Part shown: piece by piece, positions 1 to 10,030 of the stretch
Layout: every line of letters begins with the position of its first letter
Position numbering within the stretch: the first letter of the stretch is position 1
Assembly: GCA_963772365.1 (NCBI GenBank)
Contig: CAVYXA010000001.1
Location: forward strand, 1,733,267 to 1,797,266
DNA length: 64,000 nt
Reading direction: 5' to 3'
Origin: an uncultured Verrucomicrobiae bacterium
Lineage (GTDB): Bacteria > Verrucomicrobiota > Verrucomicrobiia > Chthoniobacterales > UBA10450
Translations under genes and position numbers: made by a program
Notes under the pieces: model-generated
What the model was told of the DNA's origin: nothing
Database searches by the model: none
The model's input: the letters and a program-made list of their open reading frames with translations, nothing else

Positions 1-2
1 CT

Positions 3-56
3 GGCTTGATTGGCCTGGCTGCCACATTGCGTCGCACGTTGATGCCTAAGCATTAG
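3..56 (+). CDS. 3' end of a gene entering the window; tail resembles a PEP-CTERM sorting signal (hydrophobic stretch plus basic residues)
   Basis: Manual translation GLIGLAATLRRTLMPKH* ending at TAG 54-56. Confidence 0.35.
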   Translation, partial: GLIGLAATLRRTLMPKH

Positions 57-178
57 CAGCTCGGCTATAATTTTCTTACACGAACACTGATTTGGCCGTT
101 CGCTTTCTTCGCGACTGTTGTACGACGCCGCAAAGATCGGATTGCACCGCGGCTTGATTGCCATGTTAGGATCGCCTA

Positions 179-580
179 ATGGCAAACTCAAATGCACTTC
201 ACGCGTCGCAAATTTTAGTCTCGGCCTTTCTCGCAATCTGTTTTCTCCAGTCCGGGCTGGATAAAATTTTCGACTGGCGGGGAAATCTCGAGTTCTTGAG
301 TGGCCATTTTACGAAAACCCCGCTTGCCGGCATGGCGCCACTACTCATGTTTGTTATCACGATCCTCGAGACCGCCGCCGGGATCCTCAGCGCTATTGGC
401 TGCATCGTGCTCATCATCTCCGACAATTCCACTGTTGCCCTGTCGGGCGCATTTGTGGCGGCGTTGTCGATCCTCGCCCTGTTTTTTGGTCAGCGGGTGG
501 CAAAGGACTATCCCGGCGCATCGGTGCTCGCATCTTATTTTCTGGTGGCGCTAGCCGGGATCTATTTGCTCGGCTTGTAA
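179..580 (+). CDS. DoxX-family membrane protein
   Basis: 133 aa, about 4 TM segments, FLQSGLDK motif. Confidence 0.8.
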   Translation: MANSNALHASQILVSAFLAICFLQSGLDKIFDWRGNLEFLSGHFTKTPLAGMAPLLMFVITILETAAGILSAIGCIVLIISDNSTVALSGAFVAALSILALFFGQRVAKDYPGASVLASYFLVALAGIYLLGL

Positions 581-629
581 ACCGGCGCCGCGATCTTTTT
601 GCTTAAACCATTTCGGATCGTCACGTAAC

Positions 630-648
630 CGTGACAGAATTTTGACAA
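630..648 (-). promoter_or_regulatory. Pho-box-like / OmpR-family tandem site
   Basis: TGACA at 632 and 643 (11-bp spacing); minus strand reads TTGTCAAAATTCTGTCAC. Confidence 0.35.
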
Positions 649-693
649 TTCGTCACCTGACGCTGGATCGGCAGCGCGTAGGGAAGCCACATC

Positions 694-921
694 ATGAGCT
701 TCATCACGCTTTCGAAAGAGCGAACTCGATCAACGGTTACCAGACGATCCCTGCTTCTCAGGTCGTTCCGCGGGATATCGCGGCGCTACTTGAATGATGA
801 ACGGCACTGGCAATTTGCGTGGGAAGCACTCTTTTTTGCCACGCTAATCCTGATTTCGATCTGGCCAATTTGCGCTGCCGCCAGCGCGTTGGCGGAGCTT
901 TTACAACAAGTTCCCAACTGA
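694..921 (+). CDS. Small hypothetical membrane protein
   Basis: 75 aa, basic N-terminus plus one TM helix (FAWEALFFATLILISIWP). Confidence 0.5.
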   Translation: MSFITLSKERTRSTVTRRSLLLRSFRGISRRYLNDERHWQFAWEALFFATLILISIWPICAAASALAELLQQVPN

Positions 922-932
922 CGGGCAGCTCT

Positions 933-1490
933 TTAGGAGGAGAATTTTACGTAAACTGCGACCAGCGGATAGAAACAGGCATTTTTGGAGAAATAATCGC
1001 TCACAAAACCGTCTTTTGTTCGAATCTCGACATGGCCGCCACCCTCTTTGGTGCCATACACCAGTACTGCACCGACCGGGGCGGAATATGGATTGTGCAC
1101 TTGCAAACGTCGAAAGCCGTAGCGGTGCACCAGTTCATCACCTGCTTCAACTGCCCAGACAGTTTCCGGATAGGAATCGACCGCGCCCGCGGCTAACAAC
1201 GCTTCCTTAACGTAATGCCAGCAGCGAAGTTGCGACCGCGCGTTGGCATGTTCCTCCGCGATCGTAGCGGCCTTCACGAGTTTCGGGTCCAATCGTGGAT
1301 CAATATGCGCGAATGGATGATCGATTTGCTTCTTCCAGTAATGGCGAATGATGCGCGCAGAAGTGACTCTGCCGGCTTCGTCCTTGTAGACAAACCGCGT
1401 TTTCGAATCGCTCATTCCGGCGGCACGAAGCGCGCCAGCTGAAAACACCAGACAAACAGCAAAAAAAGTTAAACACGAGAACCGAGCCAC
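933..1490 (-). CDS. Secreted CHAP/NlpC-P60-like cysteine hydrolase
   Basis: Signal peptide; RCWHYVKEAL (Cys), APVGAVLVYG, GHVEI (His). Confidence 0.6.
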   Translation of the reverse strand: MARFSCLTFFAVCLVFSAGALRAAGMSDSKTRFVYKDEAGRVTSARIIRHYWKKQIDHPFAHIDPRLDPKLVKAATIAEEHANARSQLRCWHYVKEALLAAGAVDSYPETVWAVEAGDELVHRYGFRRLQVHNPYSAPVGAVLVYGTKEGGGHVEIRTKDGFVSDYFSKNACFYPLVAVYVKFSS

Positions 1491-1685
1491 GCGGCATTTT
1501 CATTGCAATGATTGTGCCATGCTGCAAGTGGAATTCCGAAAAAAATTCCCGACCGCAAACCATTGTCTGATTTGGACTTTCTACGCGGCGCATGCAACCG
1601 GAGCGACATCCGGGCGCGATCTGTTAGCAGAGAACTCCCCTCGTAGGATTTCGATAAAATTTCGGCAGGTGCCGGAGAGAGGCAG

Positions 1686-2342
1686 ATGAAACGAGTATTT
1701 ACCGGAGTCTGGTTTGGCTGTGCCCTCCTAATCGCGTCTACCGCACACTCGAGCGAACAATCAATCCTCGTCCGAGTTACCGCATACTGGCGCGGGGAAG
1801 GCTCCGGCGAACAGGCCGCCTGGAACGGAGCGCGATTACGAAATGGTCATTGCGCGGTGGATCCTCGAAAAATTCCCTATGGGAGCAAGATCGTGTTTCC
1901 AGACAGAGAGTGTATCGCAGTGGATACGGGAACGGCGGTGGTCAGCCGCAAATCCGCTCAGCGTTGTGGACGAACGGCCGCCCAGAAAAAAGCGCTCGTC
2001 ATCGACAGATTTTTCGAAAGCAAACGGGAAGCAATCATCTGGTGCAATTCGCATCGAGAATTTCTCACCGTCCGAGTGAAAGATCCGCGGATGCTTTCCG
2101 GACGAAAGATCGCGCAGGAAAAAAAAGCTGATCTAGAAGTTCCGTTTTTGCGGATCGCCGCGCCGGGAAGATGCGAACGAAGCGATTTTTCGCAGAAAAC
2201 TTTCGACCTCCGCCGGATTGCGAAGCGCAAAATGTGCAGCGGTTGGGCGCGGCTGCTCCGTCACGATGATGCCGATGCCAGACTCGTCCAGTGCGCGGAA
2301 AGCGTCTTCATCGGTGCGATCGTCTCCGATGTACACCAGTAA
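1686..2342 (+). CDS. Secreted 3D-domain protein; the true end may be about 2136 (see findings)
   Basis: VTAY, AVDPRKIPYGS, AVDTG and IDRF motifs; signal peptide. Confidence 0.75.
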   Translation: MKRVFTGVWFGCALLIASTAHSSEQSILVRVTAYWRGEGSGEQAAWNGARLRNGHCAVDPRKIPYGSKIVFPDRECIAVDTGTAVVSRKSAQRCGRTAAQKKALVIDRFFESKREAIIWCNSHREFLTVRVKDPRMLSGRKIAQEKKADLEVPFLRIAAPGRCERSDFSQKTFDLRRIAKRKMCSGWARLLRHDDADARLVQCAESVFIGAIVSDVHQ

Positions 2343-2993
2343 TATATTCGATTCGTCTAGCCCAAGCGTTTCCATCAACCAGAGCAGCGCCCGGCCTTTG
2401 TTCCAATCGACATCGGGCTGGAGTTCATAAACCTTTTTCCCGGAAACGATGCGAAGACCACGATGCTGGCTGGCTACTTCGGTCACCCCCTGCGCCACTG
2501 CATCTGCACCTCTCTCATCGGTGAGTCGGTAATGCGCCGCGATGGAAAAGCGTTTTTTTTCCACCAGCGCGCCGGGAACATCCGAAAGTTTTTCGCGAAG
2601 TTGCTCTGCGGCAGCATCGAGAATCGTAAGGAATTCCGTGGCTACTTGTTTTCGCAGTCCGTCTGGCCCAACGACATCGAAACCATGACTGCCGGCGAAA
2701 ATGATATTGTCGATCCCCACACGCTGGCTAATATCGTCGAGATCGCGGCCACTAAGAATCGCAACTGTGGCGTAACGCGTGAGCGTCTGGATCGCTTCAC
2801 GCATTGACGAGTACAATACAGCCAGCTCGGGCCGTTCGACGATCGGCGTAAGAGTGCCGTCGTAATCAAGAAAAACTGCCAGCCGCCGATCGGAAATGTC
2901 CAGTATCCGATCAATGTGGTCCAACGCCGACGGAATCCGGGGACCTTCTCTGACACGATTTTTCGGGGAACGTGGCATTCCGGAATTCGTCAT
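2133..2993 (-). CDS. otsB: Trehalose-6-phosphate phosphatase
   Basis: HAD motifs FLDYDGTL, SGR, GSHG, GDDRTDEDAF. Confidence 0.95.
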   Translation of the reverse strand: MTNSGMPRSPKNRVREGPRIPSALDHIDRILDISDRRLAVFLDYDGTLTPIVERPELAVLYSSMREAIQTLTRYATVAILSGRDLDDISQRVGIDNIIFAGSHGFDVVGPDGLRKQVATEFLTILDAAAEQLREKLSDVPGALVEKKRFSIAAHYRLTDERGADAVAQGVTEVASQHRGLRIVSGKKVYELQPDVDWNKGRALLWLMETLGLDESNILLVYIGDDRTDEDAFRALDESGIGIIVTEQPRPTAAHFALRNPAEVESFLRKIASFASSRRGDPQKRNF

Positions 2994-3091
2994 GACATCT
3001 CACGATTCCCTTTCTCGCTTTGAGCGCAAGCAACTCGCGCTCTCGACGATTTCACCTTGTGACGGACGATTCCTGTTTGCAGACTGAAGAA

Positions 3092-4522
3092 GTGCATCGA
3101 CTCATCATTGTCTCCAACCGTCTCCCGTTCGCGCTGGAGCGCTCGGGAAGAGACCGCTGGAAAGTTACCGCTTCGGCAGGCGGACTCGTCAGCGCGCTTG
3201 GTCCGGTCCTGCGACAACGGGGCGGAGTCTGGATTGGCTGGCCTGGCGTCGCGGGAGAAATTCCGCGCGCGCCATTGGCTGAGGCGACGCGCGACAGCGG
3301 GTTCGAAGTTGTGCCGGTGGCATTGAGCAACGCCGAGCGCGACGAGTTTTATTACGGCTATTCCAACGAAGTCATCTGGCCGCTGTTTCATGATCTGCAA
3401 AATTTTTGCAATTTCGAACCCGCATTCTGGCAAACCTATCAGGCGGTAAACCAGCGGTATGCTGCGGCCATCGCCCGTCATTGTCGGCCTGACGATTTTA
3501 TCTGGGTGCACGATTACCACTTGATGTATGTAGCTCAGGCGTTACGGGCGCGGGAGAAAGCGACAAAGCGTTCCAGGCTCGCTTTTTTCCTGCACATTCC
3601 GTTTCCACCCTACGACATTTTCGCCAAACTTCCGCAGCAGCAACGCCTTCTGCGCTCGCTACTTCAATTCGATCTTCTCGGCTTTCAGACCCGGCGCGAT
3701 CTTAGAAATTTTCTGCAATGTGTCCGGCGCGTTTTGCCCGAAGCGGAAGCTCACGCCGGTGCGAAACTGGAACGGATCAAATTTGAAGGACGAGAAATCC
3801 GCGCCGGCAGATTTCCGATTGGGATCGATTTCGATTCCTTTGAAAAAGGCGCACTTTCCGCCGAAGTCGCGAAGCGGGCGCACGACCTAAGCGCGGCGTT
3901 CCCCGGTTGCCAGCTTATGCTCGGGGTGGATCGACTCGATTACAGCAAAGGGATTCCGGAGCGTTTAAGAGCGTTCCGCACGGCACTGGAACGTTACAAG
4001 GAACTGCACGGCCGAGTAGTTCTGATTCAAGTTGTTGTTCCCAGCCGCGTCGAAATCCCAAAGTACAATGAGATCAAGAACTGGATCGATCGATTAGTGG
4101 GCGAAATTAATGGCCGTTTCTCCACTGATACATGGGTCCCGGTGCACTACCGTTATCGCGGGCTCGACCACGAGGATCTCCTGGCCCACTATCGGGCCTG
4201 CGAAATTGCGCTGCTCACTCCCTTGAAGGATGGAATGAACCTGGTGGCCAAAGAGTATTGCGCGTGTTGCATCGACAAAAACGGTGTCCTGATTCTGAGC
4301 CAGTTTGCCGGCGCCGCTGAGCAACTCAGACCCGGCGCGCTCCTGGTCAATCCATATGATATCGAACAGGTCGCCGAGGCAATTGTGAAAGCCTTTCGGA
4401 TCGATACCGCGGAGCGAAATTCCCGCATAGAGCGGATGAGACGCATCGTGCGGATGGAGAATGTGTTCTGGTGGGTGGATTCATTTCTGAACGCGGGCGG
4501 GCGTGGCCCGAAGCATCATTGA
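3092..4522 (+). CDS. otsA: Trehalose-6-phosphate synthase (GT20)
   Basis: VSNRLP, GGLVSAL, WVHDYHL, FFLHIPFP, DRLDYSKG, DGMNLVAKEY; GTG start chosen at 3092. Confidence 0.95.
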   Translation: MHRLIIVSNRLPFALERSGRDRWKVTASAGGLVSALGPVLRQRGGVWIGWPGVAGEIPRAPLAEATRDSGFEVVPVALSNAERDEFYYGYSNEVIWPLFHDLQNFCNFEPAFWQTYQAVNQRYAAAIARHCRPDDFIWVHDYHLMYVAQALRAREKATKRSRLAFFLHIPFPPYDIFAKLPQQQRLLRSLLQFDLLGFQTRRDLRNFLQCVRRVLPEAEAHAGAKLERIKFEGREIRAGRFPIGIDFDSFEKGALSAEVAKRAHDLSAAFPGCQLMLGVDRLDYSKGIPERLRAFRTALERYKELHGRVVLIQVVVPSRVEIPKYNEIKNWIDRLVGEINGRFSTDTWVPVHYRYRGLDHEDLLAHYRACEIALLTPLKDGMNLVAKEYCACCIDKNGVLILSQFAGAAEQLRPGALLVNPYDIEQVAEAIVKAFRIDTAERNSRIERMRRIVRMENVFWWVDSFLNAGGRGPKHH

Positions 4523-4556
4523 CTTTCCCGGGCGTGGTCATTAAAACGCGAGGATT

Positions 4557-5447
4557 ATGGCGACGATCCACGTAAACCGCGGCGCAACAAACCTCGGAGT
4601 ATTTTCCGAAGAAGAAGTTCGTGAAGGTCTTAGTACCGGGCGTTTTCTCCCTAACGATCTTGGCTGGAGCGAAGGCATGCCGAGCTGGAAACAGCTCTCG
4701 CAATTTCCAGAGTTCGCAGCGGGACCCGCTCCATCGGCAGCGCCCACCCAGCCGGCCGGAGAATCGACGATCACGCCCGCCGCGGTGGGATCGACATCGG
4801 AATCGCCAGTCGGAAGGACCGGTCTTCCCTGGGAACATCGCGAAGAGCGCGGACTTTTTACCGCATTTTTTGAGACACTTGCGATGGTGTTGACCAAGCC
4901 CGACCTGGCGTTCCGAACAATGAGAACGGATGGAGGGCTGGGCGACCCATTGCTCTACGCAATCATCGGAGGCGGCGTTGGCGTCATAGTTTGGTTCCTT
5001 GTCTCGCTGGGGCTCAATTCGCTCGGGATCTTCGCGCCTCGACAGACTGGATACGGGCCAATGTTTGGGATGACAGTGAGCGCGATGGTATTCTTGTGGC
5101 GGCTGGTCGGGATCGCGGTGGCGCCATTCATCTTCGGCGGCTTGATTCACCTCTCGCTTCTGCTAATCGGGGGCGCCAGAAAGACATTTGAAACGACCTT
5201 TCGGGTCGTCTCGTTTTCTCAGGGTTCTACTGCCCCGCTTCAACTTGTTCCGTGCTGCGGAGGGTTGATCGCTCTGGTTTGGTGGTTGGTCGCCAATTGC
5301 ATCGGCGTGGCGCGCGCACACGAAATCGACACTGGTCGCGCAGCACTCGCTGTGTTCCTGCCGGTCATTGTTTGCTGTGGCGGAGGACTGGTGCTGGCAT
5401 TCATGTTCGGCGGATTCGCCGCGCTTCAGCACAACTGGAATCACTGA
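4557..5447 (+). CDS. GYF_2 (DUF4339) plus Yip1-family membrane protein
   Basis: N-terminal W-x-EGM-x-x-W; LPWE motif; multiple TM helices. Confidence 0.75.
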   Translation: MATIHVNRGATNLGVFSEEEVREGLSTGRFLPNDLGWSEGMPSWKQLSQFPEFAAGPAPSAAPTQPAGESTITPAAVGSTSESPVGRTGLPWEHREERGLFTAFFETLAMVLTKPDLAFRTMRTDGGLGDPLLYAIIGGGVGVIVWFLVSLGLNSLGIFAPRQTGYGPMFGMTVSAMVFLWRLVGIAVAPFIFGGLIHLSLLLIGGARKTFETTFRVVSFSQGSTAPLQLVPCCGGLIALVWWLVANCIGVARAHEIDTGRAALAVFLPVIVCCGGGLVLAFMFGGFAALQHNWNH

Positions 5448-5450
5448 GTT

Positions 5451-5873
5451 GTGCGGGTAGGAATTCGCCGGTTGGAGAAAAACGAGATTGATCACGAGCT
5501 GATCTGGCTAACGGCATCGCTAGTTTCGTTCACTCTTGCCGCCGGTTGGTTCGTCGTCGGCTTACCATGGCCGCATTGTGCATTTCACGATCTTACCGGC
5601 CTGCCCTGCCTCACCTGCGGAATGACCCGCTGCTCGATTCAATTTGCCCAGGCGCATTTTTTCGCTGCCTGGGAGTGGAATCCACTCGTCTTTGCTTGCT
5701 TGTGCGGCGTTGTGATATTCAATCTATACGCTTTTGCTGTCCTCATAACCGGCGCACCGCGATTGCGAATTCGGTTTTCGACCGATTCGGAGAAAAAGTG
5801 GGCGCGGTTTCTTGTGATCGCAGCGCTTGGATCAAATTGGATTTATGTCCTGAGCCATTGGCGCCATTTTTAG
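5451..5873 (+). CDS. DUF2752-family membrane protein
   Basis: CAFHDLTGLPCLTCGMTR and WNPL motifs. Confidence 0.8.
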   Translation: MRVGIRRLEKNEIDHELIWLTASLVSFTLAAGWFVVGLPWPHCAFHDLTGLPCLTCGMTRCSIQFAQAHFFAAWEWNPLVFACLCGVVIFNLYAFAVLITGAPRLRIRFSTDSEKKWARFLVIAALGSNWIYVLSHWRHF

Positions 5874-5922
5874 GGGCGACACGCACTTTGTGCGAAACCG
5901 AAAACCGGCGTAAAGATTAGCA

Positions 5923-7368
5923 ATGTCGTCCGATCCTTCATCACCCATTGACTTGCTGGACCTGAAACTGTTACCGGCTTGGGTAAAGGAACCCGCCGAC
6001 GGCAAAAGTTTCGAACATTACACAGGAGAAGAAGAAGCGCCGCGCGCAAAACAGAAGCGCTCAAATCGAAGAGACTTTGAACGGCAACCTCCCAGATCAA
6101 GAGGTAAACAGAAATCGAACCGCCGAGATCGTCCTCAACATCGACACGATCGAACGCAAAATCGCCACCGCGAGTCAGCGCCGCCCATCCATCGGCCGCT
6201 GGAGGTGACCATCCGTTTTCTGCCGCGTTCCGCGGCGTTTGAGAATGTGACCGCCCAAATTAAATCCGGCGCCGTGGCCTATTCTCTGTTTCATCTCGCC
6301 CGTTTATTTTTAGAACGACCGGAACGCTATGATGTTCGTCTCACCTCAAAACCGGAATCACCGCTCCATCAGCTTGGCGAGAATGGTACAATCGCGGTCG
6401 ATCGCGAATTCCTCGAGGAACGGGCCTTTCGTCTGGCCCAGGAAGATTTTTACAAGATCGACATCACGCAAGGCGAGCCGATCAAGGGAAATTTCGTAAG
6501 CGTGGCCCGGGACCGGTTGAGCGGGACATTGTTAGGCCCGACGAACTATCACACTTATCAACCGCGATTGCGGACACTTTACGAGCAACGGTTTAGCCGG
6601 CGCATGAGCTTTGCCGATTATCAGCGGCAGATCGAGATTGTGAGTGATCCAGCGCTGGTGGAACGCTGGAAAGATGAAGCGCAAAAAATCACGACGTTCA
6701 CCGCCGTGCGCGAAGAACCTGCGGCCGCCTTCTCATCGATGGCAGATGCGGAGCGACATTTTCGATCCAACTACCTTCCCGGTTTGGTCCGGACCACAGA
6801 GGAGGCGACGATCGACGGCGTCTCGAGCCGGCGTTTGCCGGATCGCGCGTTGAATCGCGCAGTCGAAGAAGCGTGGGTGCGCGAAAATCGCTCGCCATCC
6901 AATCTGATGCAGGAATTAGCCAGCCGTTTTCGACAAGCCGGTCTCCATGTTTTTCGGCATCGCCGCGGCATGTTATTCGTTTCGTCGATTCGCGATCGCG
7001 CATTGGTTCACGAGCAAGCCGCAGTTTCGCCATCCATCAATTCGATCCTCGAAGCATTGGCCGCAACTCCCGGGATAAATCGCAAACAATTGGCCGAGAA
7101 ACTAATTGTCGATCTTCCGCCTGAAATGGCCGAATCGCGCAAGCTCGCCCTCGCTTCGGATTTGCATTGGCTGATCCGCGAAGGTCACATCATCGAGTTC
7201 AGCGATGGCGCGCTCGATTTGCCACGGGTTAGAGTCAAACCGCCGGAAAAGGCGGAGCCGGCCACAGTGACAGATACGGAATCAACTTCGCCGTTGTCTG
7301 AAACAGAAGCGCCGAGCGCTCAGCCGCCGACTACTTTGAGCGCCTGCTCGGAATCGGCCCCTTCATAG
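5923..7368 (+). CDS. Hypothetical protein (Arg-rich disordered N-terminus, possible C-terminal winged helix)
   Basis: 481-aa ORF; no recognised catalytic motif. Confidence 0.6.
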   Translation: MSSDPSSPIDLLDLKLLPAWVKEPADGKSFEHYTGEEEAPRAKQKRSNRRDFERQPPRSRGKQKSNRRDRPQHRHDRTQNRHRESAPPIHRPLEVTIRFLPRSAAFENVTAQIKSGAVAYSLFHLARLFLERPERYDVRLTSKPESPLHQLGENGTIAVDREFLEERAFRLAQEDFYKIDITQGEPIKGNFVSVARDRLSGTLLGPTNYHTYQPRLRTLYEQRFSRRMSFADYQRQIEIVSDPALVERWKDEAQKITTFTAVREEPAAAFSSMADAERHFRSNYLPGLVRTTEEATIDGVSSRRLPDRALNRAVEEAWVRENRSPSNLMQELASRFRQAGLHVFRHRRGMLFVSSIRDRALVHEQAAVSPSINSILEALAATPGINRKQLAEKLIVDLPPEMAESRKLALASDLHWLIREGHIIEFSDGALDLPRVRVKPPEKAEPATVTDTESTSPLSETEAPSAQPPTTLSACSESAPS

Positions 7369-7715
7369 CGGACGACTTCGTTTTTGTTGTTTAACACCGC
7401 GACCCGCGGTTCATGAATCACTGCTTCTTCCGGAGTGTACTGCCCGAAGTTCATGATCGTAATGCGGTCGCCGATTTTCCCAAGATGCGCGGTAGCGCCA
7501 TTCAGTTCGATTAATCCACGCCGCGGCTCTCCGTAAATCGCATAGGTTTCGAAACGTTCGCCGTTGCGCAGGTTGGACACGAGAATTTTTTCGTAAGGAG
7601 CCAGATGAACCAGCTTCGCCAGATCGGCTGAAATCGTAAGACTGCCTTCGTAGTCCAGGCTCGCTCCGGTAACTGCAGCACGATGAATTTTCGATTTGAG
7701 AAGAGTGATTTGCAT
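7320..7715 (-). CDS. panD: Aspartate 1-decarboxylase
   Basis: LKSKIHRA, YEGS cleavage site, NGERFETY. Confidence 0.95.
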   Translation of the reverse strand: MQITLLKSKIHRAAVTGASLDYEGSLTISADLAKLVHLAPYEKILVSNLRNGERFETYAIYGEPRRGLIELNGATAHLGKIGDRITIMNFGQYTPEEAVIHEPRVAVLNNKNEVVRYEGADSEQALKVVGG

Positions 7716-7762
7716 TCCGATCCAGTTCGGCAGCGCCAGTTCTCAACGAACGATCCGGCGAC

Positions 7763-8032
7763 TTATTTCCCAATCACGCCAGCTTTTTTCAGGGCCCGAT
7801 AGGCGCCATTTTTGTTGATCGTCTTGAGACCACGCGCAGTCACACGGATCCGGACATACTTCTTCAGCTCCGGCACCCAGATTCGGTGTTCATGCAAGTT
7901 CGGCGCGAAAATTCGCGGTACATTTTTCGTTACATGCCGGCCAACGCCTCCCTTTTTCTTGGCCATACCCCGCCGATGAATCACGCTCCCGCGTCGGGCC
8001 CTTGTTCCTGTGATACTGCAAACCTTTGACAT
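7763..8032 (-). CDS. rpmB: 50S ribosomal protein L28
   Basis: MSKVCSITG...FAPNL...ARGLKTINK; start at ATG 8032. Confidence 0.93.
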   Translation of the reverse strand: MSKVCSITGTRARRGSVIHRRGMAKKKGGVGRHVTKNVPRIFAPNLHEHRIWVPELKKYVRIRVTARGLKTINKNGAYRALKKAGVIGK

Positions 8033-8192
8033 GATTTGGAAAAAGTCAGCTCGCGAAAGCCTTCGGAGCCGCGTAAGCTGCTGTGTATCGGCGCATGGGT
8101 CAAGCGAATCTTGAACAACAGGCACGCGGTGCGGTCAGATTTATCTCGCTTACATCTGACAACATTTGCAGGATCGACAATCCAATTCGGAG

Positions 8193-9233
8193 ATGATGCA
8201 AAAAAATGACCATAAATTGCGGCTCGGGATTGTCGGAGCGGGCAACATCGTACGCACGCGTCACCTGCCAGGATTGAAACGCCGGCCCGACGTCGAGATC
8301 GTCGCTGTGTCGAACTTGACCTATGACAGCTCGGAAAAATTTTGTCAGGAACATCTGCCCCACGCCACACCGATGCAGAACTGGGCTGATTTGGTTGCTC
8401 TGCCCGACCTCGATGTAGTCTGGATCGGCACGCCGCCCTACATGCATTCTGCGGTGACGGTTTCCGCTTTAGAAGCTGGCAAACATGTCTTTTGCCAGGC
8501 CCGGATGTCGATGGATTTGGCGGAAGCTGAAGAAATGCTGGCAGCGGCGAAACGTTATCCAGAATTGGTCACGATGCTTTGCCCGCCGCCATTCGGTTTG
8601 CGCGCGGACCTGCTGGTGAAGAAATTTTTGGCAGAAGATTACATCGGACGACCCCATCACGTGCGCTTGCAAAGTTTCACCGGGAATTATCTCAATCCGG
8701 ATACGCCTGCACATTGGCGGCAACGAATTGAAATCAGCGGGCTCAACGTGCTCACCCTGGGAATTTACGTGGAAGTCCTGCAACGCTGGCTCGGTGATAT
8801 CACTGGCGTTTTTGCCCGAGGCAAGATTGTTCATCCCGTGCGACAGGGCTATGAGATCGTCATTCCCGATTTGCTTACCGTGCTCTGCACTTTCGCCAGT
8901 GGGGCGGAAGGCGTTCTCGAGTTCAGCGGCGTAAATGCGCACGCCACCGGAGATCGATTGGAGATTTATGGCGCGCTTGGAACATTATCCTACGATTTTA
9001 CTTCCGATATTGTTCAAGTCGGCCGTCTCGGAGATCGAGCATTGCATGTTGTCGATGTGCCGCCGGATATGGAAGGCGGCTGGCATGTGGAAGACGATTT
9101 TCTCGCTGCCGTGAAATCCAAAGGCCGGATTCGGCCGCGGCCGAATTTCGAAGAAGGCGTCCGCTACATGCGCGTCGTCCAGGCAGTGGCGGATTCCCGC
9201 GCACGCAACGAATGGGTTCAGATCCAGCGATGA
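8193..9233 (+). CDS. Gfo/Idh/MocA-family oxidoreductase
   Basis: GIVGAG Rossmann motif, ALEAGKHVFCQ. Confidence 0.88.
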   Translation: MMQKNDHKLRLGIVGAGNIVRTRHLPGLKRRPDVEIVAVSNLTYDSSEKFCQEHLPHATPMQNWADLVALPDLDVVWIGTPPYMHSAVTVSALEAGKHVFCQARMSMDLAEAEEMLAAAKRYPELVTMLCPPPFGLRADLLVKKFLAEDYIGRPHHVRLQSFTGNYLNPDTPAHWRQRIEISGLNVLTLGIYVEVLQRWLGDITGVFARGKIVHPVRQGYEIVIPDLLTVLCTFASGAEGVLEFSGVNAHATGDRLEIYGALGTLSYDFTSDIVQVGRLGDRALHVVDVPPDMEGGWHVEDDFLAAVKSKGRIRPRPNFEEGVRYMRVVQAVADSRARNEWVQIQR

Positions 9234-9871
9234 ACAAATTTGATGAAATGAGAACCGCACAACACGAATATGGCGTTAACGAAATCGCCGAGCTTTTCCC
9301 CCCATTGATGCAAATCAAGGATCAATCGCTGCGCGAAAAAGTTGCTGCTGTCTGGAATGAAGCAATCACCACCGGCTGTGGTGGGAAAGGCTGGACCTTC
9401 GACGAGCTGCGCGCGGTGAAGTTCACCCTCCTGGCCGGCGACATCGATATGAAATTTGTCGAGCATCTCAATTCCTGCGCGCTGCAGTGCGTCGCCATTG
9501 CCGATGTGCTCGAGAAATCGTTCCGCTGCGACATTCCAATCAAACGTGATTATCTCATCGCCGGATCGCTGCTGGCTGACGTCGGAAAACCGCTGGAATA
9601 TGACAAAGACGCGTCAGGCAAGGTTGTGCAGGGCACATTTGGCCAGCAACTTCGACATCCCTTCAGCGGTGTCGCGCTCGCTTACAAACACGGGATTCCC
9701 GGCGAAGTGATGCACATGATCGCGACCCACAGTCACGAGGGCGACAAAGTCGAACGCTCAATCGAATCGATCATCTTCCATCACGCCGACTTCGTCGATT
9801 TCGATATCGCCAAGTGGCTTGGCAAGCACGCGGCCGGGAGGCCTGTCCGCGAATCACACGAATCACGCTAA
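9230..9871 (+). CDS. HD-domain protein with variant (AD) motif
   Basis: VEH, LLADVGK, RHPFSG, IATHS, HHAD; ATGA overlap with the upstream gene. Confidence 0.75.
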   Translation: MNKFDEMRTAQHEYGVNEIAELFPPLMQIKDQSLREKVAAVWNEAITTGCGGKGWTFDELRAVKFTLLAGDIDMKFVEHLNSCALQCVAIADVLEKSFRCDIPIKRDYLIAGSLLADVGKPLEYDKDASGKVVQGTFGQQLRHPFSGVALAYKHGIPGEVMHMIATHSHEGDKVERSIESIIFHHADFVDFDIAKWLGKHAAGRPVRESHESR

Positions 9872-9896
9872 AACAAAATCGCGCAGCGGGTGAAAT

Positions 9897-9962
9897 TGTA
9901 GGGCAAGCGCTCCGCTTGCCTCTGTTTAGTTTAGATCTGGCAAGCGACGCGCTTGCCCTACA
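9897..9962. repeat. Inverted pair of GTAG-type REP-like palindromes
   Basis: TGTAGGGCAAGCGCTCCGCTTGCC ... GGCAAGCGACGCGCTTGCCCTACA. Confidence 0.8.
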
Positions 9963-10030
9963 TCGGCATTTCTCGATTCAGAACAAATTGACGGCTATGA
10001 TCCTTGCGTTCTTTATTTAGAATAAGTGAT

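Noticed and set aside
1491..1685. Possible c-di-AMP or c-di-GMP riboswitch between divergent cell-wall hydrolase genes
   Set aside because: The context fits, but I could not match the conserved aptamer motifs; an Infernal/Rfam search is needed
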